Positions 47,061-59,430 of a stretch of 64,000 bases of DNA are shown in pieces. Source of the stretch: Lama glama (Eukaryota); assembly GCA_028534125.1 (NCBI GenBank), contig CM052816.1, forward strand, positions 4,714,001 to 4,778,000, given 5' to 3'. The translations under genes and the position numbers were made by a program. The first letter of the stretch is position 1. Every line of letters starts with the position of its first letter. The notes under the pieces were generated by a model. That model was not told where the DNA came from. It was given only the letters and a program-made list of their open reading frames with translations, and did no database searches.

Positions 47061-47499
47061 CAGCAGGTTCCCAGCAGCACATGCAGCGTTCATCAAGCTC
47101 ACTCTGGGTGCCTGTAACCTTTGTGCGATACTTAAACATTGCTACCTTTTACTGTTGTGTATCTTTCTGTCTGATACGGGGGGCTGTAAGTGATAGAAGG
47201 CAGAGGCGGGATTTTGAACCATTACAGCGTGGGACCTGAGGCAAGTTACTTCATCTCCTGGAACCAGTTTTGTTTAGATACTATCACCTACCTTGCCAGA
47301 CAGAGGTGAGGAGGGAATGAGACTACGGCATGCAGCATCACTTGCAAGCTAAGCTGGTGGTAACTGTTTCTCTCTCCTTACTCTCCCCATGGAAAAGGTG
47401 AGCCCCCAAGAGCAGGTATCCTACACACTCTCACCTCACTCTACTATCTTGTACTTACTGAATGTTCAACAAACACGAGCAAGCATAACAGTTTGAGTA

Positions 47500-47720
47500 C
47501 TATCAGACATGGGCTGTAATTCAAGCAATTCAAGCAGGCTGGACGGTTTAACTGAGTGTTCCTGGGCAAGTTACTTCACCTCCGATTCTCAGTTTCTCAT
47601 CTGTAAAATGGGCACGCTAATGTTTATCTCATGTAGCCAGGGTAAAGATTAAGTGAGATGATACATTTGAACTACGGAGATCCTCGCGCCAACTAAATGG
47701 TAGCACTCGTCATTTATAAT
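47500..47720 (+). mobile_element. MIR SINE
   Basis: TGGGCAAGTTACTTCACCTC...CTCAGTTTCTCATCTGTAAAATGGG...GATTAAGTGAGATGA. Confidence 0.88.
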
Positions 47721-48149
47721 AAAATAGAAAACCCTTTGCATCCAGTGGCTTTGAGGTCTGAACACAGCTCATGCCATTGTCATTTGTTTCCCTCAGGAGC
47801 AGAGAGGCAGAGTGCACAACAATGCGGTACATTCTGCTGGGAACTCGAAGTTATAGGAAAGGCAAGCCGGAGGCTGCCCAGCTTGGAGGGGCTGTGATCA
47901 GCCCCAGGGGTGAGGAATGAGTTGCCTGAGTAACTGTGTCCCTTGGCTAAGAAGCCATCTAGGAGAAAAGCCCCTAGCAGACTACCTTGGAAGATTACAC
48001 AGCAGCCCAGTAGCCCAGGCGTGGTTTCCCCCATTTGATGAGACAACTTGACCAGGAAAACTAAACACTGGTAGAGCTGGACTGCAGGTCTCGGTCTTCC
48101 AGACAACCAGCCCAGGATTCTTTCCATTACATTATCTGCCTTTAGGAAA

Positions 48150-48620
48150 AAAAAAAAAGATGAAACTAGTGATTGTAACCTACCCATACATAACAATAAT
48201 AGACGATTATTTCTCAAATTGTCATTTTCTAAGAGTTAAAAATATGACCACCCCCAAACACATATACAATGAGCATAAGTCAAGGTTTTATTTAACTCAT
48301 TAATGAGGAAACCAGCAGGATAGTAACAGTGGTGCAAACAGAATTTGAGGGAAAGAGTTTGATATGGACGGGAAAGGCAAGCCATATACAAGTTCACTAC
48401 ATGTGTGAGGTTTGAGTCCTAGAGGCAATAAAATTGTGATCTCTGAAGTAATCTCCAGGAAATTGTTTTAATCTCTACTGGACAAAGATCCGCCAATTAA
48501 CATGTAACTTCACAAAGGGTGGTTCCTAATAGCCCTAGAATTAAATAATCCTTGGAGGGTCCAGTTAGACCGTGTTCCAACATGCTCCAGCACTGAAGGG
48601 ACATGCATGCAGTCAACCTT
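48150..48620. mobile_element. piggyBac-superfamily (Looper-like) DNA transposon remnant
   Basis: CTCAAATTGTCATTTTCTAAGAG-TTAA terminus-like motif. TTTTATTTAACTCATTAATGAGGAAACCAG and CCTTGGAGGGTCCAGTTAGAC are recalled from Looper-type sequence. Confidence 0.4.
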
Positions 48621-48659
48621 TGTCCAGTTAGAACAATTTTTTAAAACTCTTAGTCAGTT

Positions 48660-48890
48660 CATTTACATTTTGGTAGGCAGCATGTTAGCACTTTACCTGT
48701 ATTCATGTGATCATAACCAGAGACCTATAAGATGGTTACTTTAAGTATCTTATTTTTACAGATTAGAAAAGTGAGTAACAAATGGGTTAAGTGACTTGCC
48801 CAAGGTCAAAAGGTTAGTATATGGTATAGCAGAGATTTAGGCACAGGCTGATAGACACACTTCCATCCTTAACTAATATGCCATTCTGTC
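48660..48890 (-). mobile_element. MIR SINE
   Basis: TTTTACAGATTAGAAAAGTGAG...GGTTAAGTGACTTGCCCAAGGTCA. Confidence 0.88.
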
Positions 48891-49074
48891 TTACTAAGAT
48901 AAAGAAACGTTCTGTATGACAGCTGGGGTTGTATCTGATCATCAGCTCAGGGTCAGACAGACAACAAGTGCTCGTCAGTTTTGTTTCTTGAACCTAGAGG
49001 TAGGACTAAAGAAAGCCATCACCGAGATCATGTGCCATTAAGTGCCACTATGTGCCAGACACCGAGCTTGGTCA

Positions 49075-49320
49075 TAAACTAACAACTCAAGTATTCAGCT
49101 GAGCTACCCAGAGGCTTCTGACTAGTAATTAAACATAAGGGGCATGGCTCTGCCCTCAAAGAGCTTACAGTCCAATGGGCAAACAAAAGTGAACAAGGAC
49201 TGACAACTAAACATGATGCACGTTGTGAGTGGAGAGCACAGGGTGCCGTGGAGGACCACAACAGCTGGGCTTCCTGTGGCCCAGGGATCAGGGCAACTGG
49301 AGAATGACGCTTGGTTATCT
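49075..49320 (-). mobile_element. L2 3' end
   Basis: CATGGCTCTGCCCTCAAAGAGCTTACAGTCCAATGGG...GCACAGGGTGCCGTGG. Confidence 0.75.
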
Positions 49321-50875
49321 GTGACTGTTTGGCCTAAGATGGAAAGATATGGTTCCTAACAGCCGAAGATCAATGGGTTACAGACCTTATAAATGTATTT
49401 AGGAACATACTGCACCCACAAGGAAGACTGGAGAGGGGGTGGTAGGCCCATCAGTCTAGTGGACCTGTCCCTCTTTCTCAAGATACCTAACAGTGATGTG
49501 CCCTGGTGGACGTTCAAAAACCCTCTGACAAATTTATCCATCTGAATGGATGAATTAACTATGACTCTTTCCCAATACCCAAAGATCACATTAGATACAA
49601 CCAATAAAATGTTAGGTTAAAAAAAAGACATTTGAAACCATCCTGAAGCAAACGGAAGAGTAAGGTGGCAACAGAAGTGTTGACTACTCAAGCAAAAGGC
49701 TTCCACTGCTGCTCCTGGCTTTTTTAAGACTAGAGAGAAAGTGTCTCTGATCAAGGGAAGAATGGTATTTCTCCCAGAAAGATGGAAGAACTATGACTCA
49801 TGGTCCTCATCTGACTCCCATCACCTCCTGAGAGGGGAGAACCTTGCCAGCTATAAAGAAGAGAAGGGGAACCCAACCATGGCAGTCACAGAGACAGTGA
49901 GCCTGGCGGGGAAGAGGCCAATGACATATTTTATCCAATTAAACTTGCTCTCTGTTTGTACAGGCCTTTATGGCCTTTGGCTAATGGAGCATGGGCCGAC
50001 GGCAAGGAGCCAGCGATGCTCAGGAGCTAGCCTACTTTCTACACCCAGCTGACACCAAGGCTGGAGGCCCCTCCTACTCTCTCAGAACTTAACGTGCAAT
50101 TCTGTACACATCTCGAGGCCAGAGGATTTCCTATGTGTCTTATCCACCTGGGCATCCCAGGAGCATTACACAGAGGCTGGAGCACAGGAGGGGCACCATA
50201 CATGCATGTCCTCTCCAGGCCAGCGCCCTCTGTGCCAGATGGGGGCTCTCTCAACCTAGAAGGTCCCTTTATAGCACCTGGGCAGCAAGGAGTTGTGTGT
50301 CATGCCTCTCAGCTTAAAGAAGAGGTCTGGCTACCTTGCCCTGACAGAAAGTCAATGGGAAGCCATGTGATTTGTGGAGCCTGGCTTTACGGAGCAGAGA
50401 TGGATGGCCAAGGTCAGTCTGGCCCCCGGGTGAGTAAGGTGGCTCTTGGCCAGCGAGCTCTTCTGGGAGGGCAATGCACACAAAGCAAGAAGCATGGCCA
50501 CTTTTAATGCAGCGTGAGCCCTTCCCAAAGGGAATTTACTTCTAAAGCTTTGATCTTGGGTCTCTGTAGCTGAGGTCTGCGTCTTTCCATAGTGAGAACT
50601 CCAAGTTGGTCTAACAGGAGGCAGGATAGAATTTTGAGGGTTTGTTTTTTTTTTAAATACTTGAGGTTGAAGCTAGATACATCTAACTCTCCAGGTGTGC
50701 TCATGCAACACTGATGGAAGCAGCAAAAGCGTGCTGAGATTTGTAAAGCCCAACTGGTTGTTGCTATTTCAAAATAGTTTATTTACCACTTTGAAATGGT
50801 GTATCAACACTGTGGCTTTGTGTTTCCAGGTTCCAGAATTTTATGTAAATTAAATGCTGAAAACACCTTCTAGGC

Positions 50876-51063
50876 CAGAGGTGAACACCTGCTTCTGTAA
50901 CGAAGTTCTGAGGGAACTGAGCCACACTTCCTCCCATACGTGTCATCGACAACTGCTTCTACGCAGCAGCAGCAAGACCGAGCAGTGCGACAGAGACCGC
51001 GTGATCCACAAAGCCTGAATTATTCACCACCTGAGCCTGACAGAAAAGTGGTGCCGACCCCAG
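50876..51063 (-). mobile_element. MER58A hAT-Charlie MITE
   Basis: GCGACAGAGACCGCGTGATCCACAAAGCCTGAA...ACAGAAAAGTGGTGCCGACCCC. Confidence 0.8.
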
Positions 51064-51229
51064 ATCTGGGCTTGCAACACATCTGGCATTCTTTCCAGGT
51101 GTACAACAAAGGAAATTTCCTTGGCACACAACTGTAGAAACTTGAACAAAACTTCTCTGCCTATGATAAGGTGGGAAAGCAGCATCAAAAGTTTAACAGT
51201 GATCATTTTGTAGCCACTTTGCCAATGCA

Positions 51230-51579
51230 TTTCTTTTAAGTATAGTCAGTTACAATGTGTCAATTTCTGGTGTGCAGCACAACGTCCCAGTCATGCATAT
51301 ACATACATGTATTCATTTTCATATTCTTTTTCATTAAAGGTTAGTACAAGATACTGAATATAATTCCCTGTGCTATACAGAAGAAATCTGGTTTTTTTAA
51401 ATCTATTTTTTATATATAGCAGCTAACATTTGCAAATCTCAAACTCCCAAATTTATCCCTTCCCACTCCCTTTCCCCCGGTAACCATGAGATTGTTTACT
51501 ATGTCTTCAAGTCTGTTTCTGTTTTGTAGATGAGTTCATTAGTGTTCTGTTTTTTCCTTTTTTCAGATTCCACATATGA
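51230..51579 (-). mobile_element. Lineage-specific L1 3' UTR
   Basis: AAGTATAGTCAGTTACAATGTGTCAATTTCTGGTG...CAAACTCCCAAATTTATCCCTTCCC...AGATTCCACATATGA. Confidence 0.9.
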
Positions 51580-52124
51580 TTTCCCCCCTTACTGTCTACT
51601 GCAGCCTCTGAGCTTTCTGCCCCAAGGCAGGAAAAATCTTTGCCAGTCTTCAGCAAAACAAGAGGCTTGGAAGCCAGCTGTGTACAAAGAGGGGATCTTC
51701 TAAATTCTTTAGCTCCCACTGCATACAACCAGAGTTGGGCGATTGCTTCTGCAGACTAACAGAGATCCACACCCCACTCTCAAAGGCCAGTTATTTACCA
51801 CAAAATAAAGAGACCACACTTTTCCCTCCACTGGCAGGACTTTGTAGCCCTGGCTAAAAGGAAAGAATACTGAAACCACTTGGTCACTTCTCAGACCATA
51901 ACTTTCAGTTAGTGCTTCCTCCTTATGTCACTACATCAGTTCTATAATCCCAGGCTGAAGGCTGATATTCTGGTCTCTGCTGAACTACTCCTCATTGCCA
52001 GAAGTCACATGCAGACACAATACACAAGGGGTAACAGGGGAAGAGGAGTTAAAAAAAATCAAAATTTATCAACATCAGAAAATGGAAAAACCTACTTATC
52101 ACCCAGTAAACTTGTGGTGAGTTC

Positions 52125-52360
52125 TTTGACTCATTTGTTCATTTATTCATTCAACAGATATTTAATAAGCACCTAAAACATGTCAAGCATTGATCTAAAT
52201 TCTAGGGATCCAGAAGATAACAGACAACAACTCTACCTCCCAGGGCTTACGTTCTAATATGAGGACAAACAAACAAATGAGTAAAAACTGCAAACTGTGA
52301 TCACTGCTAGGAGGGAAAACCCCAAGGTCAAATTATTGAGGGTAATAGGGAACCTACTTG
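52125..52360 (-). mobile_element. L2 3' end
   Basis: TTCATTTATTCATTCAACAGATATTTAATAAGCACCTA. Confidence 0.8.
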
Positions 52361-52649
52361 GAAATCTCATTGCCTAGCACAGAACCTGGTACATAGTATG
52401 TACATTTTTTTAACGATTAAGTGCAAAACCAAATATTTAAAATGCTTTATCTGCTTTCTTGGCCAGCTCAAGGCAACATCAATGTGCAGAACAGGACTAG
52501 AATGAAGACAAGACAGACCTATAAGGCATTCCTTGCCTCCAAGTACATTAGGATGGACAACAAATTATCCTTCAAAAGAATTTGCAATGACAAGGCATGT
52601 ACTTTATCAAGATCTGTTTTAACAAACTAACCTGGAAACCAGAACTGAT

Positions 52650-53045
52650 CTCAGTAGTTAGGAGAGTAAGACCTCACATCAGACACCATGGGTTCAAGAT
52701 CGGATTCTGACACTCACCCATCACGACTTCAAGCAAGCTCTTAATTTGTCCAAGCCTCTGCGCCTCATCTTTAAACTGGGAATAAAAACATTCCCTACTT
52801 CTTAGGGTTATTAGGAGGGTTCAGTAAGTTAATATTATGAACACACTTAGCAATGAGCCCTGCAAGTGGTCTGCCTTCAAATAAATGCTTTAGTCCCTTC
52901 CCCTTGTGTGCCCATTTCCTTATCTGTGTTAAGAAGATAAGGAGACCTACCTCACATAGGTGTTGAGAGGATTAAATGAATTAATCCACATAACGCACCT
53001 ATGACAGTAAGTGCTCAGTGAGTGTTAGCTGGTATTACTATTTAT
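52650..53045 (+). mobile_element. Two tandem MIR SINE copies
   Basis: GGGTTCAAGATC...CTCATCTTTAAACTGGGAATAA, then TTTCCTTATCTGT...ACCTACCTCACATAGG...GAGGATTAAATGA...AGTAAGTGCTCA. Confidence 0.8.
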
Positions 53046-53106
53046 CTGATTTACTCACTGGTAACAGTGAAAGTAAATCTGTACCATTTTAAAATCAAAA
53101 ATAAGA

Positions 53107-53249
53107 GGTGGGGGGAGGGTACAGCTGAGTGGTAGAGCATATGCTTAGCATGCACAAGGTCCTGGGTTCAATCCCCAGTATCTCCACTGGAAAAATAAAT
53201 AAATAAATAAATCTAATTACCCCACATACAAAAAAAAAATTTAAAAAAA
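53107..53249 (+). mobile_element. Camelid tRNA-Ala-derived SINE, long form
   Basis: GGGGAGGGTACAGCTGAGTGGTAGAGCATATGCTTAGCATGCACAAGGTCCTGGGTTCAATCCCCAG. TSD TAAAATCA(A/G)AAATAAGA at 53090-53106 and 53250-53266, at a TTTT/AAAA L1-endonuclease-type site. Confidence 0.95.
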
Positions 53250-53739
53250 TAAAATCAGAAATAAGAAATGTAAGTCTTGGATGTCTGAGCAAAATCTGCA
53301 AAGGAATCTCATTAGCTGAGTCAGACCCACCTGGACCACTGATTCCCTTGAAATAATTATTCATCACTTGTGATGGGGGGAGGGGGAGAAGCCAGCATTA
53401 CTCTAAGCATCTCAAGGTCTGTGTGCATTATCACCGCCTCTGAGATCTGTAATTTATTCCACTTACCTTCATTTCCAGATCGCGTTCTTCTTTGAATTAC
53501 TATGCTGTTTCCTCAGTTACTGCTACTGGAGGAGGGCTGGGATTAGAGTAATCAAGATGGTCTCTCATCTCTTCCTGCCCACAGTCTCTTTCTGCACTAG
53601 ACCGTAAGTCCCGTGCCGGCAGGGACCATGCCCATTTGGATCTCACTGTGTCCCCAGTGCTGATGAGATACATTTGGGGTTTGGGCTGTGTGTTTATCAC
53701 AGGTGCACAGTAACAGGGATACAGAGAAGCAGAAGAAAC

Positions 53740-54625
53740 AGCTGGTATGGCTAAGGGTCTCTGCCCAGCATGACTCTCCCACCTTCTGTGACCCAGGCAC
53801 AACAAATCATGGTACAGGGACGGGCACATGATTTCAGATGAACCAATCAGCCCTTTCTCCAATTTTTCTGGCTAGATTGATAGGAGAGTTTGTATTCTTC
53901 TCTGGCTACAAGCTATGAGAACAAAAGCCTGAGGGCAGGTTCCCCCTGCATGGGAAAAACCTTATCTGAAACAGAAGATGACAATATACAGAAGATGCTG
54001 AGAGGAGAAATGAGAGGTTTTGACAGTACTCAAGTCCCCATATTTTGTCACCAAGGCCACCTCTACACATGCCATTTCCACGATTTATGTATGCCAAAGG
54101 AAAAACAGCTGGAGAGTAGTTAAAATGGTAAAGACTGAGCTTATTCAGGACTATTGCAATAAGGGAAAAGAAACCTCAGTATAGAACCAGGCTCTTTTCT
54201 GAAAACATCATGGACAAGTGGGAATTTGTGGCCAAGGAACAGGGTGGAGTCACTGGGTAGAAAATTACTAAGAGAAAATATCAGAGGTAAAGAGGATATA
54301 CGGAAATCAATCTAACAGGATCTTCGCTGAAGACAGGCCATGGTGATCACACGTCACCTGGGGGATGATGGAGAACGAGGAACCCAATTAGGTGTCAAGG
54401 GTAATCAGATATGGAGGTTGGGGGATTCTTGCTAAACTGACTTGGCAGGGTTCTTGCTAAAACCGGATTTTACAAGGAACTGCACAGATGGATGTAGGAG
54501 AAGGGACAAGGAGCTTAACTAAAGTTTGGTCAAGTCAAGAATCTTAGTCATTTACCTAGACTAATGCATTCCCCTTTTGCTTAAGCTATTCAAGTTCCCT
54601 TTCTTCCTTATGTCCAAGAGTCGAA
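53740..54625 (+). mobile_element. Old MaLR LTR (MLT1K/L-like) split by an ERV1 LTR
   Basis: CAGGGACGGGCACATGA...ACCAATCAG ... | ... CATTCCCCTTTTGCTTAAGCTA. Confidence 0.65.
54088..54550 (-). mobile_element. ERV1 solo LTR, MER31/MER67 group
   Basis: The minus strand starts TGACTAAGATTCTTGACTTGACCAAACTTTAG. TG...CA ends and a perfect 4-bp TSD TTTA at 54084-54087 and 54551-54554. Confidence 0.88.
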
Positions 54626-54659
54626 AGTACTCCAATAAGGGACTGCCTAGAGCAATAAA

Positions 54660-54880
54660 AATGACAGCATAACTATCACTTGTTGAGGGCTTCCTCTGTG
54701 TCACACGCTGGATCAAATACGCTTTTCTGCATCATCTCATTAAATACAATTCTATGAGCCAGACACTACTATTATCCCTGTTTTACACAGGGGAAACAGG
54801 CAAAGAGATACCAAACCATCTGCCCAATCTCAAGAAGGTGGCTGATCTGAGATCCAAACCCACCACAGACACACACCAAA
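54660..54880 (-). mobile_element. MIR SINE
   Basis: TTGAGGGCTTCCTCTGTGTCA...ATCTCATT...TATTATCCCTGTTTTACACAGGGGAAAC. Confidence 0.8.
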
Positions 54881-57469
54881 GCCAGTATGTCTTCAAGTAT
54901 AGTTCCTGGACTGCCTGCATTAGGACTACTCAGCATGTTTATTTCAAGTGCAGATGACACAGCTGACCCTTGTTGACTCAGTCAGAAACTCGGTGTGGGG
55001 ATTAAACTGCACTTTAATCAGGTGGTGGGGGATATCTAGGGAGAGTCCAGAACACACCATTTCCTTGGGAATACATTCTCACCATCATGCTCACTGTTCA
55101 CCAAAACAGACGCATCAAGTCAGCACTAATATTATTTCAGTCCTTCACAGTAGATGCAGAATCAAGAAAAGGAGAGACAATGGCACAAACAGACAGGAGT
55201 CCAGACACCACCTATCCAGTCGTCCCCCCTCTCTTCCACACTCACCTGGAGCCACTGACATCAAAATAGCACAAGGATAAGTGAACAAGTTTCGCAAACT
55301 GGCTTACAGTTCCCCCTTCAACATGTGGCTTAGAACTCCAAGGAGGCAAGGCGCCTCTACGTTTTCTTTATTTTAACAGTTTCAGACACATCCTCTACAG
55401 CATTTCGAACTCCAAGAGGAATCAAGTCAGAGAGTAACAAGAAGTTATTAAGCTTAGGCTCCTTTCCACCTTTGCCACTTTTTCTCTGAATTGCTTTGCT
55501 TTCTCTCATTCTGGAAAGACTTTTTCATTGTATTCTCACATTTGAGTTTGGGGATTTTTTTCCCCTAGAAGTAGTGCTTTCTTGCTGCCTCCTTCACTGA
55601 CTCGTGTTTTATTTACTCTACTTCACCCCCCCCATTAAGTTCCTCCCTAGAAATATTTTACCTGGATGCTGCAGATTCACCTCTCTTCTGACCTGCCACT
55701 AGGACATGATGGACAGCTGTCTTCATTATTTTTCAGTTATGCTCCACCAGCAAGAACCACATTTCCACAGAAAGGGAGACGGGGGAATAATGACTATGAA
55801 CGCTTAAGTTCAGTACCTGGCTCTTACAATCAACAAGAGATCATGCCCGGCTTGACAATTCCATTCTAAATCCACTACATTTTGTTGTTTTTGTTAACCT
55901 GTCCAGAATCCGTTTTCTGCAATAGCTGTGAACCCTTAAGCCAACACAGAGGAGATGGAAACTCTGAACTCAAAAGATCCTAAGACTTTTAAGTGGGTAC
56001 ATGGTAGATCAAGACTGTCAGAACAATTTCACAAATTTTTCTAAGTCTCAACATTATAATATCCCTATGTCCTCTAAATCTCATTGCTGCCACCCCCACC
56101 GTCAATCACCATGGCAACTCACTCAGGGGAAGGCATTATCTCATACGTAATATGTTTGGGGTCCTGTTCATAACTTGTTAATTCATAATTTACATCACCA
56201 CCATATAAGCCTCAGTCAGACGTATGATTTATACCGACACCAAACAGGTACCTGAAACACATATCTTAAACCTTAAATAACAAAATATATCTTAGAAGAC
56301 ATGCTACCCCCAAGCCTCCAGACTGCAGCAGAGACATCTTAAGATAGTCAGAAACAAGGGGAAAGCCATTCTGGAAATATATGGCCCTTCAAGGCTATTC
56401 TGCCTTGAGGAAATAATGTCAAATACAAGGTAGAAAAGGCTGGGATAGGAGAGGTTTTAAAATTGCCTTCCTTTTATTTCATTCCAATTTTGTTTTGATT
56501 ATTCAATTTCTGAAATTTTGACCTACTTATTATTCTGCAACTTATTACTTTGCAACTCATCTTCCTAACTTGGACTCCTTAACACAACAAATATGGAGCA
56601 ATAAACAATGATTTGTTGTCACTGTTTCCACTAGAAATGATTTATGAATAAGAATCACCTCCCTCAACCAACACCACTTGGCCACTTTGCTGAAATGGGT
56701 GTCTAAATCACAGTAACAATGGTAAATATCACATTGATATTATGTAACAGGAAAACTCTGCCCATCCCTGGAATGGCTTCTTGTATCGTGTTGCCCACTA
56801 ATGACCCACAGTCTCCACTAACCCTCCTGGACCCCACTGAGGACTGTTCTCAGTGTCCGTGAAAACTGAGGAAAAGCATGATCTCAATAGAGAATCTGAG
56901 GTCCACTTTTGATACAGAGATTGACATGCACAGACTTTATACCTTAGACAAAACTCGTTCTCAGGGTAGATCTGACTCTCTTGTTTTCTATTTGGGGAAA
57001 CTAAGGTTTCTTTCCAGGGGGATGTGTCTCCTTGCCTAGCAAGCAAACAACGCAGATTTGTTCTGGACTGCGTAAGTGGCCCTTGGGTCTGTTCTGTGAT
57101 AGACGCCACCCACTTCTTTGATTCTGTTACACCGTTCAGTAGATGATCACAACTTTTCACGGGCTGGCACATTCATCTATCCATCCATCTACATAGTTAT
57201 TCTTCCATCCATCCAACAAATACTTCAATACTTCGCAACATTTTTAACAAAACTACACGCCTAGTCAATCTTTTTTTCACACTGCAGTCAACGGATGAAA
57301 CTGAGGTGGGAAGAGTTTGGCCCTGGAAACCTGGCAATCTCTGTTCCTGCCTGGATTCCCTCAAGGGCTGAGCAATCAGTAACTTGGCACTGTAACGCAC
57401 CAGGACACACGTATGTGCCAAGACATCTGGTTGGGCACTAGGGGAAGGGAGGAGAAGCTCTGAACTACA

Positions 57470-57780
57470 GCATTTGAACCAAGAACCAGGCTAAACCACG
57501 AGGACATAGATTTAACAAGCATGGTTTCTGCCCTCGTGGAATTTGCAGCCAAGTATAGACAAACTGTGAACAAATTATTCCAAGAGTAACAAGTGCTACA
57601 AACGGGTGGCTTAAGCACGTAACAGAAGACCCATCTAATCTGGGAGATCAGTTAGGGCTCCGTGAACTCTGACAGTGACCCAAAACAACTGGGTCAGGAT
57701 TGGGCACCGTGAGATGATGAGAGGTTAAATGAGAGGTGACCCTCCAGAAAGGATTAGCTGTGCTAATCTCTTCACCCTCT
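57470..57780 (-). mobile_element. L2 fragment
   Basis: AACAAGCATGGTTTCTGCCCTCGTGGAATTTGCAG...AAGTGCTA. Confidence 0.6.
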
Positions 57781-57979
57781 CTTTTTAAAATTATCGTATC
57801 TGACTCTTTACCCTGAGATCATTAGCCACTGGACCACTGCTGCATTATAAGATATTTCCTAAGCACAAGATAATTTTTCAAATACTTTACATTTTATTTC
57901 ACGTTTACGTATCATTTACACGTTAGCATCACCACCCTCATTTGCAAGTTATGGAATACTGAGAAGTGGACTAACGATG

Positions 57980-58200
57980 CTGAGTATTTACTGAGTGCTT
58001 AATGGATACAATCCAGTGTGCTAAGCGTATTTACATGAACTGTATCTTTTGAATCCTGGCAACACTCTGTAAACTAAATACTTGTGTTTGCCTGTTTACA
58101 GACAGGGAAACCAAGACTGAGGCAGAAAGTAACTCACCCGAGATTGCAAGAGCTCAACCTGAAAGCCGGCAGCATGAAGCCAGAGCCCCCACTTGTACCA
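57980..58200 (-). mobile_element. MIR SINE
   Basis: TATTTACTGAGTGCTTA...GTGCTAAGCG...TTTACAGACAGGGAAACCAAG. Confidence 0.8.
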
Positions 58201-58620
58201 TCAGGAAATTCTACCCCATCATAGTGAGAACTAAAACACCCCAAAACTACAAGGAAGAGTTGATAGCCAACACAAGCATTCACTTCCCAGCAATGATACT
58301 CACTCGCTGATTACTCACAACCACAAACACTTGCTTTTCTGGGTCTAAAACCAGAGCTCGGTGTCCGTAATACTGCTGGAAGGTTTTTACCATAGCACCC
58401 TTGCATTCAGAAAGGTAAACTGATATTTCACTTCTATGGGCAAAAAGTACAAGAAATTGATACAGAAAAGGAAGGAGCAATGTACAAAGCCAAGGAGAAC
58501 TTGGAACCACAGACTCACCATTTGGAAGGGACCTCTCGGGAACGAAACATCACTGTTTTGACGCTTCTGCAGCGTTAGTGCTGACAGCTGAGATCTGCGC
58601 TTTTATAATGGGATTGTTCA

Positions 58621-58797
58621 CAGCTGTTCTTAAACTTGAGTGTGAAAAGAATCACCTGGAGGGCTTGTTAAACCACAGATTGCTGGGCCCCACCCCTAGA
58701 CCTTCTGATTCGTAGCTCTGAGCGAGATCTGAGAATCTGCACTTCTAATGAGTTCCCAGGTGATGATAATAATCCTGGTCCAGGGCCACACTTCCAG
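58621..58797. mobile_element. MER5A hAT-Charlie MITE
   Basis: GTTCTTAAACTTGAG...AGAATCACCTGGAGGGCTTGTTAAA...GATTGCTGGGCCCCACCCC...TTCCCAGGTGATG. Confidence 0.9.
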
Positions 58798-59294
58798 ATC
58801 TAGACAGACCAAGCCCCTCGTTTAAAGATGGAGACAGCGAGGACTAGCAAGACGAAGTGAATTTCCCAGTACCACACTGCAAGCTTCTGGCATAACCAGA
58901 AGTCAAATATGTGGTCACAATTATTTCTCCTCTTCTTCTCTTTCCCATCTAACTTTTTCTATATATTGTTTTTCCTTTATAACAGATGAAATCTTGTCCA
59001 TCACATCAGAATACACGTGTGGCATGAGGAAGTGATTACACTGAAAAGTAGACTAGGACCATGCTTCTACAATAAATAAATAAATAAAATAAATAAATCT
59101 TGAAGTTATATTTAAATGCTCCTCAGTTTTTCACTCTTCTATCTAACAAGCACTGTCATGCATTCTACTTTGCCCAAGGTCAACACCAAAGAAGTGAATG
59201 GAACTCCTCTTGTTTGGAGTCAGGCATCCTAGTTTTCCAAGCAAACCTTAAGACCCGCGTTGCTTCTCCAGTGACTCTCCCGGTCTGTGTGTCA

Positions 59295-59430
59295 GAGAAA
59301 CAAAAGCCATATCCAGTTCTAGCTGTGCCTTGGGCTATCAGTCCCCTCTTCTGGCCTCAGGTTATTTTTTGTTAACTTATCAAATGAGGAGCGGGACCTC
59401 TAAGGTCCCTCTTTCAGCTCCGACTTTCTA
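59295..59430 (+). mobile_element. MIR3/MIRc-like SINE
   Basis: CTAGCTGTGCCTTGGGC...GGCCTCAG...CTCTAAGGTCCCT...TTCAGCTC. Confidence 0.6.

Noticed and set aside
53107..53187. Apparent tRNA-Ala(AGC) gene (also at 7703, 32365, 62070)
   Set aside because: A-rich tails, TSDs and stem mismatches show these are SINE heads, not tRNA genes.
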